The notes under the pieces are model-generated. The model did no database searches. It saw only the letters and a program-made list of their open reading frames with translations, and was not told the DNA's origin. Source: a virus (taxonomy: Duplodnaviria; Caudoviricetes). Taken from it: DNA of 64,000 bases. Each line of letters opens with the position of its first letter. Position 1 is the first letter of the stretch. Shown piece after piece: positions 18,230 through 27,864 of this stretch. Where the stretch lies: the IMG/VR virus record IMGVR_UViG_2523533545_000002, positions 2,718 to 66,717 of that record; one strand, written 5' to 3'. The position numbers were made by a program, and so were the translations under genes.

Positions 18230-19035
18230 TGGCCCGTTCAAGAAATATCAAACCAGGGTTCTTCTCGAACGAACACCTGGCAGAACTGGACTTCGCCACT
18301 CGCTTGCTGTTCATCGGTCTGTGGACCGAGGCAGACCGTGAAGGGCGCCTTGAGGATCGCCCGCGCCGCCTGAAAATGGCCCTGTTCCCTGCCGACAACG
18401 TCGACATCAACCGGATGCTCGATGACCTGGATCATTTGGGGTTCATCAAGCGCTACACCGTCGGTGATGTGAAAGCGATTCAGGTGATCAACTGGTCGAA
18501 GCACCAGAACCCGCACGTCAAAGAGGCGAAGAGCACCATCCCTGAAATACCCGGAGTAGAGCGCTCGCAGGGTGAGCACGGTACAAGCATGGTGCAAGCA
18601 CCAGACTCGCATGGTTCTTTCCCTGCTGATTCCCTCTCTCTTGATTCCGGATTCCTGATTCCTGATTCCCTCAACCCGTCGCCAGCTCCGGTTGATTCGG
18701 CCGAGTTGTTTTCGCGGTTCTGGAAGCTGTACCCGCGCAAGGTAGGGAAGGACAAAGCCGAGAAGGCCTGGGCAAAGCTCAAGCTGACCGCTGATTTGTT
18801 CGACACCATCGTCACGGCTCTTGCCAAGCATTGCCTGTTGCCTGGCTGGACTAAGGACAAGGGCCAGTTCATCCCTCACGCGGCCACCTGGCTCAACGGC
18901 AAGCGCTGGGAGGACGAGGTCGAGGTTCCTGCTGACAACGTCCATCACCTGCCAGCCAGCCGCCACCACGGCTTCGCTGAGCGCGACTACACCTCAGGCT
19001 TGAAGCGTCGGGAGGACGGCAGCTATGCGCTCTGA
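18226..19035 (+). CDS. Replication initiator (O-like)
   Basis: MARSRNIKPGFFSNE N-domain; FWKLYPRKVGK...HAATWLNGKRWEDE C-domain. Confidence 0.88.
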   Translation: MMARSRNIKPGFFSNEHLAELDFATRLLFIGLWTEADREGRLEDRPRRLKMALFPADNVDINRMLDDLDHLGFIKRYTVGDVKAIQVINWSKHQNPHVKEAKSTIPEIPGVERSQGEHGTSMVQAPDSHGSFPADSLSLDSGFLIPDSLNPSPAPVDSAELFSRFWKLYPRKVGKDKAEKAWAKLKLTADLFDTIVTALAKHCLLPGWTKDKGQFIPHAATWLNGKRWEDEVEVPADNVHHLPASRHHGFAERDYTSGLKRREDGSYAL

Positions 19036-19831
19036 AAAAGTCGTCCAGATCGACCAAGGGGCGGTCGTTGCCCGTATTCAGCCAGCCGAGTGCGAGAAGC
19101 ACGGCCCCTTCGAGCAGAAGGTCACCATGCTGCTGGGCAAGGCACTGCGCAGTCATTGCCCTGAGTGCGCTCGCATTGCCAAGGAGGAGCGAGAGGCCCG
19201 GGCCGAGGCCGAGCAGGCCCTGAACGTGCGCCTGGCGATCTCCCGCAAGCTGGGCGACTCACTGATTCCGAAACGCTTCGCTGATCGCTCTCTGGCGAAC
19301 TACAAGGCCGAGCACAAGGGCCAGGCCGAGGCTCTGCGCTTCTGCCGCCACTACGTGAAGACCTTCGACCAGATCGCGGAGAGCGGCCGCTGCATGGTGC
19401 TGCTGGGCAAGCCTGGTACCGGTAAGACCCACCTTGGCGCCGGCATGGCCAACGACCTGATGCGCAACACCTCGCATTCGGCCGTTTACCGCACTGTCGG
19501 CTCGATCCTGCAGGCCATCCGCGCCACCTACGACAGGTCCAGCGAGGCGACCGAGGCGAGCATTCTGGCCAGCCTTATCGAACCCTCCCTGCTGGTGCTG
19601 GACGAAGTCGGCGTGAGCAAGGAGCAGCCGAGCGACTTCGAGCTGACGACCTTGTTCGCGATCATCAACGGCCGGTACGAGCAGGTGAAGCCAACGGTGG
19701 TGATCTCCAACCTGGACGGCAGTCAGCTGCCAATGGCCATGGGCGAGCGCTGCGTCGACCGCCTGCGCGAGGGCGGAATGATCGTGGTCCCGTTCGAGTG
19801 GGAATCGCATCGCGGCAAGGAGGCCATCTGA
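19025..19831 (+). CDS. DnaC/IstB-like helicase-loader ATPase
   Basis: Walker A GKPGTGKTHL, Walker B LLVLDE, ISNL, VDRLRE. Confidence 0.92.
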   Translation: MRSEKVVQIDQGAVVARIQPAECEKHGPFEQKVTMLLGKALRSHCPECARIAKEEREARAEAEQALNVRLAISRKLGDSLIPKRFADRSLANYKAEHKGQAEALRFCRHYVKTFDQIAESGRCMVLLGKPGTGKTHLGAGMANDLMRNTSHSAVYRTVGSILQAIRATYDRSSEATEASILASLIEPSLLVLDEVGVSKEQPSDFELTTLFAIINGRYEQVKPTVVISNLDGSQLPMAMGERCVDRLREGGMIVVPFEWESHRGKEAI

Positions 19832-20022
19832 TGACCCCAGCCCAAGAAATCACTGTCGCCCAGCTCAAGAGCCAGGGCTTCGCGCAAATCGTGGAAGGCC
19901 GGGAAATCGTCCGAATGACCAAGGGCGCCGACCGCCGTGTCGTGATGGCTGATGGCAGCCAGAAGCGCGGATATCACGTTGAGTTCAAGCGCGCCGGGCA
20001 GCCGGTTGGGGAGGGCCTGTGA
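19831..20022 (+). CDS. Small phage protein
   Basis: TGATG overlap with the DnaC-like gene. Confidence 0.6.
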   Translation: MTPAQEITVAQLKSQGFAQIVEGREIVRMTKGADRRVVMADGSQKRGYHVEFKRAGQPVGEGL

Positions 20023-20177
20023 TGAATTCCATTTGGCTGGCATTTGTTTTCGCGCTCTGCGCCGTGGGTGGCTGGGTTGGTGCGCACGAGAGCATCAAGA
20101 ACGACTGCGACCGCATTGGTGGCTTCTACATCGGCAACACCACTTACAACTGCACCATCGGGAGGGCCAGGCCATGA
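20022..20177 (+). CDS. Small exported/membrane peptide
   Basis: MNSIWLAFVFALCAVGGWVG...; coupled on both sides. Confidence 0.5.
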   Translation: MNSIWLAFVFALCAVGGWVGAHESIKNDCDRIGGFYIGNTTYNCTIGRARP

Positions 20178-20740
20178 TCATCGAAAAATCGAAGCTCCAG
20201 CCCCTGCTTTGGGCAGTGGTAGGAGCCTGGAAGGCTGGTGACCAGGATATGCATTTGCGCACCGACGCGCTGGATGAGTTCCTTGGCGAAAGCACGGTGG
20301 AGGAGGTCGCCCTTGGCTTGCTGGCGGAGAACGAGCGGCTCGCTGCCAGTTTGAAGCTCAACTTGTGTGACTACCCGGCAATTCATAACGGCGACCTAGA
20401 CCTGCTGATCGCGTCTATCGAGGGCGCGTCACAAATCGAATTGGCAAAGGCGAATGGCTGCACGCCACCAAACATCAGCCGCAAGGTGCGTCGCGTAAAG
20501 CAGCGACTTGGCTGGCAAGGGGGTATGGGGGCGGTAGAGATCCGCGCTCGTGCCGAACAGCTACGGGCGCTTGCATCGCGAGGTGCGGTTGTAACTGCGG
20601 ACTTGATTGTCGAGCGCGACCAGCTCAAGGCCGAGAACGAAAAGATGCGCAGCTTTCTCGCAGAAGTGAGCAGAACATCTGGCGACAATTGGGCTGTCAT
20701 GGCCGCGCGCAACCTGCTTGAGGATGTCGACCATGGCTGA
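20174..20740 (+). CDS. Phage hypothetical protein with internal HTH-like segment
   Basis: SQIELAKANGCTPPNISRKVRRVK within an Ead-like helical protein. Confidence 0.65.
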   Translation: MIIEKSKLQPLLWAVVGAWKAGDQDMHLRTDALDEFLGESTVEEVALGLLAENERLAASLKLNLCDYPAIHNGDLDLLIASIEGASQIELAKANGCTPPNISRKVRRVKQRLGWQGGMGAVEIRARAEQLRALASRGAVVTADLIVERDQLKAENEKMRSFLAEVSRTSGDNWAVMAARNLLEDVDHG

Positions 20741-21179
20741 CCTGATGCTTCGCACAGAGCAAGATCGCGCCCGCCTGATCGGCTACCTCACTGGCCTAGA
20801 CCTGGCCAAGCCGCGCCGCCTGACCATCGTCGAGGTCCGGAACAAGCGCAGCGACGCCCAGAACCGTTTGCTGTGGATGTGGAATGGACTGATCCAGGAG
20901 CATCTGCGCGATTCCTACGGCCAGGTGGCGAGCGGTGAGGAATGGCACGAGATCCTGGTCGCCAAACTGTGGCCGGCCGAGGTTCATCCGGTAGAGCTGC
21001 CCGACGGCACTCGGTACCGCGTTGGCCGGGCCAAGACCCGCAAATTCAACACCCAGCAGATGACTCAGTACCTGGAGCTTCTGGACGCTTACTGCGCCGA
21101 GAGCCTGCAGCTGCTCCTACCGCATCCAGAGGACCTGATGATGGCGATCTACGGCGAGCGCCGGGGGAGGGCTGCATGA
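20733..21179 (+). CDS. ninB: NinB/Orf-like recombination mediator
   Basis: KRSDAQNRLLWMW...TRKFNTQQMTQYLE. Confidence 0.8.
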   Translation: MADLMLRTEQDRARLIGYLTGLDLAKPRRLTIVEVRNKRSDAQNRLLWMWNGLIQEHLRDSYGQVASGEEWHEILVAKLWPAEVHPVELPDGTRYRVGRAKTRKFNTQQMTQYLELLDAYCAESLQLLLPHPEDLMMAIYGERRGRAA

Positions 21180-21778
21180 GTCTTCCAGCTAAGCCGCCTC
21201 GCCCGAAGAAGTGCAAAAACTCCGAATGTGGCATCAGCTTCACGCCGCGCCGTCTGGGCCAGACCGTTTGCAGTCCAGCTTGTGGCTTGGCGATCAAGGA
21301 CGTGAACCAGGACAAGGCCAAGAAGGCGATTGCCCAGCGCGTGCGCCGTGAGGTCCAGGTGCGCAAGGAGAAGCTCAAGACCCGGGCAGACCATATGCGT
21401 GAAGCCCAGACCCTGTTCAACGAATTCATCCGCCTGCGCGACGCCGGTCAGCCGTGCATCAGCTGCGACTCACTGCCCAGTGATCACGACCTGATCACCG
21501 GCAGCCGCTGGGACGCCGGCCACTACCGGTCTGTAGGCGCCTGCCCGGAGCTGCGGTTCGAGCCTCTCAACGTCCACCGCCAGTGTGTGAAGTGCAACCG
21601 CAACCTGTCGGGCAACGCGGTCGAGTACCGAATCCGGCTGGTGCATCGCATCGGCGCCGACCGGGTGGCATTCCTCGAAGGGCCTCATCAGCCCCGCAAG
21701 TACACCATCGACGACCTCAAGGCCATCAAGGCCGAGTACCGGGCAAAGATCAAACAGCTGAAGGAGCAAGCAGCATGA
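21176..21778 (+). CDS. ninG: NinG/Rap-like endonuclease
   Basis: FNEFIRLRDAGQPCISC, WDAGHYRSVGACPELRF, NVHRQCVKCN. Confidence 0.9.
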   Translation: MSLPAKPPRPKKCKNSECGISFTPRRLGQTVCSPACGLAIKDVNQDKAKKAIAQRVRREVQVRKEKLKTRADHMREAQTLFNEFIRLRDAGQPCISCDSLPSDHDLITGSRWDAGHYRSVGACPELRFEPLNVHRQCVKCNRNLSGNAVEYRIRLVHRIGADRVAFLEGPHQPRKYTIDDLKAIKAEYRAKIKQLKEQAA

Positions 21779-21893
21779 ACTGGACACCACTCGACACCGC
21801 CCAGCTGCTTCTCCTGGGCATGGCAATTCTGGGTGCCTATTGCATCGTGCGGGGCATGGTTATTTCGAATCGCCGGAAAAAGGAGCAGGGCCT

Positions 21894-22439
21894 GTGAATT
21901 ATCAGAACGTGGTATCCGCAGTAGTCCGGGCCCTGGCCGCCGAGACGATCAACAGCGCAGGTGGGTGCGACTTCGAGCCGAAGGTTCAGGCAGCCAAGCA
22001 GAAGGGCGCTATCGTGGGCAAGGAGGCGGCTTTCCTCTTCGACTGCATGGTGTTCAGCCGCTTGCACAAAAACCTCAGCGCCGAGCACTGGCGGCACCTG
22101 GTGGCGAAGTATTCGACACACGTCGACCGCAAGCACGCAGCGATCGAGGAAATCACGCGCACGCATCGCTCTCCTGCGCCGCAGCGATTCCGCCACTGCG
22201 CCATCCTGACCTGGGCCATGCCCAAGCTGCCAGGCGTGGACGGGAAGCGCAGCACAAGCGTGCTCCCGGCGGCCTGGTACGAGATGGACAACTGGAGCAA
22301 CGAGCCTCACCCGATCAAGACTCAGGAGCGCTGGAGGCGTGACATTCGCAAGGCTCTGGAGGGCGCAGTCAATGAGGCTTTGACCGAGGCGCAGCACATT
22401 CTCGACCATGAAGGCCTTTTGGTGGCAAATGTCGCTTGA
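21894..22439 (+). CDS. Putative Q-like late antiterminator/regulator
   Basis: Position after the nin genes and directly before a promoter plus terminator (PR'/tR' layout). Confidence 0.6.
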   Translation: MNYQNVVSAVVRALAAETINSAGGCDFEPKVQAAKQKGAIVGKEAAFLFDCMVFSRLHKNLSAEHWRHLVAKYSTHVDRKHAAIEEITRTHRSPAPQRFRHCAILTWAMPKLPGVDGKRSTSVLPAAWYEMDNWSNEPHPIKTQERWRRDIRKALEGAVNEALTEAQHILDHEGLLVANVA

Positions 22440-22465
22440 CGTTGAGTGAGCCAATGAGCCAATAT
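22436..22465 (+). promoter_or_regulatory. PR'-like late promoter with tandem TGAGCCAA repeat in the spacer
   Basis: TTGACG -35 at 22436, weak -10 CAATAT at 22460, direct repeats at 22447-54 and 22455-62. Confidence 0.5.
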
Positions 22466-22509
22466 GCACCCATCCTGTCATTCCTGCGCGTTTAGGAGTG
22501 ACCCAAAAG

Positions 22510-22534
22510 AACCCGGCCAAGTGTCGGGTTTTTT
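22510..22534 (+). terminator. tR'-like intrinsic terminator
   Basis: AACCCGG/TCGGGTT stem plus T-tract; a second hairpin follows near 22558-22582. Confidence 0.7.
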
Positions 22535-22918
22535 ATTGCCCGAAGAGGGCCTCAAGAGTCCCGGCCACTGCGCCGGGTTTTTGTGCCTGCAATAAAATTC
22601 ACTGCAGCCAGGGCAGTCTTCGGGAAGGCCTGGACACTGATAAGCCGGTAGTACAGTGCTACGGAAAAACACCGGCAGCCCGCGCACCCATGCCGTGTAC
22701 GCTTCATGGGTGGCGCGAGACTGGATCGGTGAGACTGGTGCAGTTGGGTGCCAGCGTCGTGATGGTCTTTGGCAGACGGCGGGAAAGACCGCGCACCTAT
22801 TCAGGGCCTCGACATTGATCGGGGCCTTTCTGTTTTCGGCTCCGCCACACCCATTGCTCCGAGCTGGGAGTGCTGCTGGAGTCGAATCTAATTCGCTCCC
22901 CGAAAGGGAGGAACCCGG

Positions 22919-23254
22919 ATGAACCATATGCCAGACAAACCAGACACCTGGCTCATTGTGCTTGCCTGGCTCAGTCAGCATGCACCCGCTTTCTACGCGG
23001 CCGGCCTGGCGGTGTCGATCTCTGCGCTGCGGATTATTTATGGCGGCGGCACCAAGAAGGCGGCCTTCCTCGAAAGCCTGCTTTGTGGCTGCATCACCCT
23101 GGCCATGCTCTCGGGGCTCGAGCTACTGGGAATTCCCCAGTCGGCTGCCGGAATCGTCGGTGGGATGATTGGCCTGCTAGGAGTGGACAAGATTCGCGCC
23201 TATGCCGATCGATTCACTGGATTCAAGTTGCCCGGGCGCAACCCTGAGCCGTAA
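22919..23254 (+). CDS. Holin (lambda-family, three TMs)
   Basis: Three hydrophobic segments, GGMIGLLGVDKIR motif; first late gene. Confidence 0.85.
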   Translation: MNHMPDKPDTWLIVLAWLSQHAPAFYAAGLAVSISALRIIYGGGTKKAAFLESLLCGCITLAMLSGLELLGIPQSAAGIVGGMIGLLGVDKIRAYADRFTGFKLPGRNPEP

Positions 23255-23293
23255 TCCGCGCCACGTTTTCGAGGTTCATGGGTTTGCGGTGCG

Positions 23294-23530
23294 TCAACAA
23301 GTTCGCGGGCGGGGAAAGAGTTCGTCGGGGTTGAGGCACTCCAGGTTCATCTTCACACATGCTGTTTCTGCCAATGCCCTGGTTGAGTAGCTTGGCTTGA
23401 GTCGCAGCTTTTCCTGATTGTCGTAGATGTCAAAGCCACCGGATATGGTGGTTGAGCAATGACGGATACCCTGTCGGAAGGCTTCTTGCTCTATTGGTAA
23501 CGCCGGAACGATAACGAATCTTAGCTGCAT
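23294..23530 (-). CDS. Small hypothetical protein inserted antisense in the late operon
   Basis: 78 aa, GGAG RBS; bracketed by CGCGCCAC repeat elements. Confidence 0.6.
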   Translation of the reverse strand: MQLRFVIVPALPIEQEAFRQGIRHCSTTISGGFDIYDNQEKLRLKPSYSTRALAETACVKMNLECLNPDELFPRPRTC

Positions 23531-23727
23531 TTTCGTGACTCCCCAGGCAGATCAAGACTTTAGTATTGGTCGTATGCGCGGACTTGGGACGAGAGTTTCG
23601 GCATTTGGCGACCGGTGGCGAAGTGCCACTTCACTGGCGTCATGATTCTGTTTTTACCGCCTCGACGTGATTGTGGCGCCACAAATTCAAGGTGCGCCGA
23701 TTTGTGGCGCGAGCAGAGGGCATACAG

Positions 23728-23853
23728 ATGGGCCAGCTTCCAGATATGACCGGCGCATTCATCATGCTCGGGCTGATGTGCGCCGTAGCAGGGTGGGCAT
23801 TCATCGAGGGCATGATCTGGGTCTTCTCCCACTTTCGTGTGGTGCTGGCATGA
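23728..23853 (+). CDS. Small membrane peptide
   Basis: GAGGG RBS, single TM, coupled to the next gene. Confidence 0.5.
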   Translation: MGQLPDMTGAFIMLGLMCAVAGWAFIEGMIWVFSHFRVVLA

Positions 23854-24041
23854 GCAACATCTCCCGGATCCGCCACGAGCTGCCGGTGGGCATGGATATC
23901 GTCCATGCGGTCTCAGAGCTCGATGCCGCACTGGTGAAAGCTATTGATGCCGCCAAGGAGGCCGGACTTCCTCAGGGGTTGCTGGTGGGACTGCTGCATG
24001 GTCACGCGCACGCCGAGACGCACAAGATGGTGTGCAAGTGA
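23850..24041 (+). CDS. Small phage hypothetical protein
   Basis: ATGA/GTGA overlaps on both sides. Confidence 0.6.
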   Translation: MSNISRIRHELPVGMDIVHAVSELDAALVKAIDAAKEAGLPQGLLVGLLHGHAHAETHKMVCK

Positions 24042-24673
24042 GTGGAGCGACGGCCAGGCCCATGCCGCCTCCTGCTTTGCTTGAGCTGACCGAGCTCTCG
24101 ATGCTCGGCACCAGGCTTCAGCCAGCACCAGAGGTGGGGGATTGGGTTCAGGCTGCGATCCTCAGTACCGATGGCGAGCTGCACAACCCTGACCATGCTC
24201 ACCTGATCGATGCGCCGCTTCGCTTCCTATGGGCTTCTGCCTGCTTCGAGAAGCAAGGTCGAACCGTAGTAGGCCAGGCCGAGGCGGTGATGTTCCGCGC
24301 TGGTGGCTGGCAGAAGGCTCGGCAAGAGCAACAGATGATCGACTGGTTCGGCGAGGTGCCGGGCTTCGTCATCACCTTGGCTGCGGATTACTGCTCCCAG
24401 TGCTCCGACATCGAGTTCTGCGCCCTCATTGAGCATGAGCTTTACCACATTGCCCAAAAGCTCGATCAGTACGGCGCGCCCAAGTTCACCCAGGACGGCC
24501 TGCCTAGCCTGACGCTTCGTGGTCATGATGTGGAGGAGTTCGTTGGTGTGGTCCGCCGCTACGGTGCGAGCCACGACGTACAGCAGCTGATCGACGCTGC
24601 AAGCCGGCCGCCTGAGGTGGCCAAGATCAACATTTCGAGGGCCTGCGGAACCTGTCTGCTCAAGTCGGCCTGA
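24038..24673 (+). CDS. Phage putative metallopeptidase
   Basis: ALIEHELYHI (HExxH-like) and HDVEEF motifs; typical position upstream of terS. Confidence 0.8.
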   Translation: MSGATARPMPPPALLELTELSMLGTRLQPAPEVGDWVQAAILSTDGELHNPDHAHLIDAPLRFLWASACFEKQGRTVVGQAEAVMFRAGGWQKARQEQQMIDWFGEVPGFVITLAADYCSQCSDIEFCALIEHELYHIAQKLDQYGAPKFTQDGLPSLTLRGHDVEEFVGVVRRYGASHDVQQLIDAASRPPEVAKINISRACGTCLLKSA

Positions 24674-24705
24674 CGCTAGACAGGCATTAGACGGAATCCC
24701 AACCT

Positions 24706-25167
24706 ATGGCAGCCCTGAGCAACGAGGTGAAGGCCTTTATCGTTCAGGCGTTGGCCTGCTTCGATACCCCCACCCAGGTGGCTGAGGCCGTCAAGCGTGA
24801 ATTCAACATCGATGTGACCCGCCAGCAGGTGGAGACGCACGATCCAACAAAGCGCTGCAGCAAGACCCTAGCCAAGCGCTGGGTAACCCTGTTCGCAGAC
24901 ACTCGAGCGCGATTCCGCGAAGAGGCAGCCGAGATACCAATCGCTAACCGGGCCTACCGGCTCCGCACGCTGGGTAGGCTGGCAGAAAAGGTCGAGGGGA
25001 TGCGCAACTACGGGCTGACCCTTCAAATCCTTGAGCAGGCCGCCAAGGAAGTCGGCGACGTGTACGTGAATCGCCAGACCAAGAACGAGAACCCCCACGA
25101 CAACGTGCCGCCCACCAGGGTGCAAGTCGACGTGGTGGATGCGAGGAAGCCTGATGCCGACGCTTAA
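24706..25167 (+). CDS. terS: Terminase small subunit (DUF2280-like)
   Basis: MAALSNEVKAFIVQALACFDTP...; directly upstream of terL. Confidence 0.8.
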   Translation: MAALSNEVKAFIVQALACFDTPTQVAEAVKREFNIDVTRQQVETHDPTKRCSKTLAKRWVTLFADTRARFREEAAEIPIANRAYRLRTLGRLAEKVEGMRNYGLTLQILEQAAKEVGDVYVNRQTKNENPHDNVPPTRVQVDVVDARKPDADA

Positions 25168-26455
25168 CGTGCCTCAGGCCAAGTTCCTCCAGATGGAGAA
25201 CAAGTTCCGCGGTTTCGTAGCGGGCTTCGGCTCTGGCAAGACCTGGGTAGGCTGCGCGGGCATCTGCAAGCACGTTTGGGAGTGGCCCCGGATCAACTCC
25301 GGCTACTTCGCCCCGACTTACCCGCAGATCCGCGACATCTTCTTCCCGACGATCGAGGAGGTTGCCTTCGACTGGGGCCTGAGGGTCAAGACGAAGGAGA
25401 GCGACAAAGAGGTCGAGTTCTATAGCGGCGGCCAGTACCGCAGCACGACCATCTGCCGCTCGATGGAGAAGCCCCAGACCATCGTTGGCTTCAAGATCGG
25501 GCACGCCTTGGTCGACGAGCTCGATGTTATGCCCGCGATGAAGGCTGAGCATGCCTGGCGCAAGATCATTGCCCGGATGCGCTACAACATGCCGGGCCTG
25601 AAGAACGGCGTTGACGTGACCACCACCCCCGAGGGGTTCAAGTTCGTCTATCAGCAGTTCGTGAAGCAGCTGCGCGAGAAGCCGGCGCTGAAAGACATGT
25701 ATGGCCTGGTCCAGGCGAGCACGTTCGACAACGAGCTGAACCTGCCGACCGACTACATCCCGTCCCTGATGGAGTCATACCCGGCACAGCTGATCCTGGC
25801 TTACCTGAATGGCCAGTTCGTAAACCTCAACGCGGGTTCGATCTACCACGCCTATGACCGCAAGCTGAATACCTGCTTCGACTCAGTCGAGGCGGGAGAG
25901 CCGCTGTTCATCGGCATGGACTTTAACGTCGGTAAGATGGCGGCAATCACGCACGTCAAGCGCAGTGACGGCAAGCCCAGGGCGGTGGATGAGCTGATCG
26001 ACGGCTTCGATACCCCGGACATGATCCGGCGCATCAAAGAGCGCTACTGGCGGCACAACGGCAAGGACTACGAGAAGACCTGCGAGATCAGGATCTACCC
26101 GGATGCCTCTGGTGGTTCGCGCAAGTCTGTCAATGCCAGTGAGACGGACATCGCCATCCTGCGCCAGGCCGGCTTCGCTGTGATCGCGCCAGACGCCAAC
26201 CCGCCAGTGAAAGACCGCATCAACGCCATGAACGCGATGTTCTGCAACGCGAATGGAGAGCGTCGCTATCTGATCAACCCGCTGCGCTGCCCGACCTACG
26301 CGGATGGACTAGAGCAGCAGGTGTGGGCAGCCAACGGCGAGCCTGACAAGAAGTCGGGTGTCGACCACGCGAACGATGCGGGCGGCTACTTCATCCACCA
26401 CGACTACCCGATCAGCAGGCCGGTCACTCACGTTCCAATCTCGTTCACTTTCTGA
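25154..26455 (+). CDS. terL: Terminase large subunit
   Basis: AGFGSGKT Walker A, LVDE Walker B, GMDFN nuclease motif, DHANDA. Confidence 0.93.
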   Translation: MPTLNVPQAKFLQMENKFRGFVAGFGSGKTWVGCAGICKHVWEWPRINSGYFAPTYPQIRDIFFPTIEEVAFDWGLRVKTKESDKEVEFYSGGQYRSTTICRSMEKPQTIVGFKIGHALVDELDVMPAMKAEHAWRKIIARMRYNMPGLKNGVDVTTTPEGFKFVYQQFVKQLREKPALKDMYGLVQASTFDNELNLPTDYIPSLMESYPAQLILAYLNGQFVNLNAGSIYHAYDRKLNTCFDSVEAGEPLFIGMDFNVGKMAAITHVKRSDGKPRAVDELIDGFDTPDMIRRIKERYWRHNGKDYEKTCEIRIYPDASGGSRKSVNASETDIAILRQAGFAVIAPDANPPVKDRINAMNAMFCNANGERRYLINPLRCPTYADGLEQQVWAANGEPDKKSGVDHANDAGGYFIHHDYPISRPVTHVPISFTF

Positions 26456-26463
26456 GGCCACCC

Positions 26464-27864
26464 ATGCCGAATTTCAGTCCCCGGGCAGAGTACTCGGAAG
26501 CCTTGCCCGGCTGGCAGCTGGTCAAGCGCTGCGTGGCCGGCGCCCGCGAGGTACGCAAGCACGATATCTACCTGCCGATGCCGGACCCGGAGAACAAATC
26601 CCCGGAGAACCTAGCGCGCTACAAGCAGTACAAGAAGCGGGCGATGTTCCTGAACATCACCGGGCGCACGCGCACCGGCCTGCTGGGCGCGGTCTTCCGC
26701 AAGACTGCGGAGCTGGAGCTTCCCGCTGGGGTCGAGTACCTCAAAGAGAACGCGAGCGGCGACGGCGCGAGCCTGGAGCAGCTCTCCAAGGATGCCGTGG
26801 GCGAATGCCTGGACGCCGGCCGGGGTGGGTTCCTTGTGGACTTCCCTGCGGTTGAGGGCGTGTCCTCTATGGCTGACATGCAGGGGCGCAGCGCGTTGAT
26901 TCACCACTATGGCGCCGAGTCGATCATCGACTGGGATGAGCAGGTGGTCGATGGCGTAAAGCGACTGGTCTATGTCTGCCTGCTGGAGTGCGTGTCCGTG
27001 TTCAGCGCAGAAAGCCTGGAGCGGACCACGGGCACCCAGTTCCGAGTGCTGCTGCTGGTTGATGGCCGCTATGTGCAGCGTGTTTACGCCGAAGACGGCA
27101 ACACCTACACCGAGGTCGCGCCGCTCGACAAGAACGGCCGCCCCTTCGACCACATCCTATTCAGCTTCTACGGCGCCCAGAACAACGACGCCAGCGTCGA
27201 CAAGTCGCCCTTGGAAGACCTGGCCGACGTGAACATCCTGCACTACGGCAACAGCGCTACGGTGGAGGAGAGCGGGTTCATCAGCAGTCAGCCGACGCTG
27301 TTCATCACCACTGATATCACCGCTGATGACTTCGCCAAGCTGAACCCGAACGGCATGCACATCGGATCGACTCGCGGCTATAACCTCGGCAAGAGCGGTA
27401 CCGCAACCCTGGTCCAGGCAACCGAGAGCCAGCTGGCTCGCACGCTGCTCAAGGACAAGGAGGAGCAGATGCTGATGATCGGTGCTCGCATCGTCCAGCA
27501 GGCTGGTGGCGCCGAGACTGCCGAAGCGGTGCGCATCCGGTACAGCTCCGATAACAGCGTACTGGGCACCATCGCCGGCAACGTGTCGGAGGCCCTGAAG
27601 CGGGCCATCCTCGACGCTGAGCGGTTCATGATGGGCGAGCCGGACGAGGCTGGTACTGTCTTCTGGCTCAACCAATCGTTCTTCGACGAGACCATGACTG
27701 CCCAGGACATCCTGGCCCAGGTCCAGCTCTGGCAGCAGGGCTTCATTGCGAAGTCTGATGTTCGGACCAACCTGCGCCAGGGTGGCGTACTTGAGGCTGA
27801 TCGGACTGACGAGCTGATCGACGAAGAACTGGCACGCGAACCACCGGTGGGCGGCGATGAGTAA
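26464..27864 (+). CDS. Portal protein (DUF4055-like)
   Basis: 466 aa after terL; YKQYKKRAMFLNITGRT. Confidence 0.88.
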   Translation: MPNFSPRAEYSEALPGWQLVKRCVAGAREVRKHDIYLPMPDPENKSPENLARYKQYKKRAMFLNITGRTRTGLLGAVFRKTAELELPAGVEYLKENASGDGASLEQLSKDAVGECLDAGRGGFLVDFPAVEGVSSMADMQGRSALIHHYGAESIIDWDEQVVDGVKRLVYVCLLECVSVFSAESLERTTGTQFRVLLLVDGRYVQRVYAEDGNTYTEVAPLDKNGRPFDHILFSFYGAQNNDASVDKSPLEDLADVNILHYGNSATVEESGFISSQPTLFITTDITADDFAKLNPNGMHIGSTRGYNLGKSGTATLVQATESQLARTLLKDKEEQMLMIGARIVQQAGGAETAEAVRIRYSSDNSVLGTIAGNVSEALKRAILDAERFMMGEPDEAGTVFWLNQSFFDETMTAQDILAQVQLWQQGFIAKSDVRTNLRQGGVLEADRTDELIDEELAREPPVGGDE

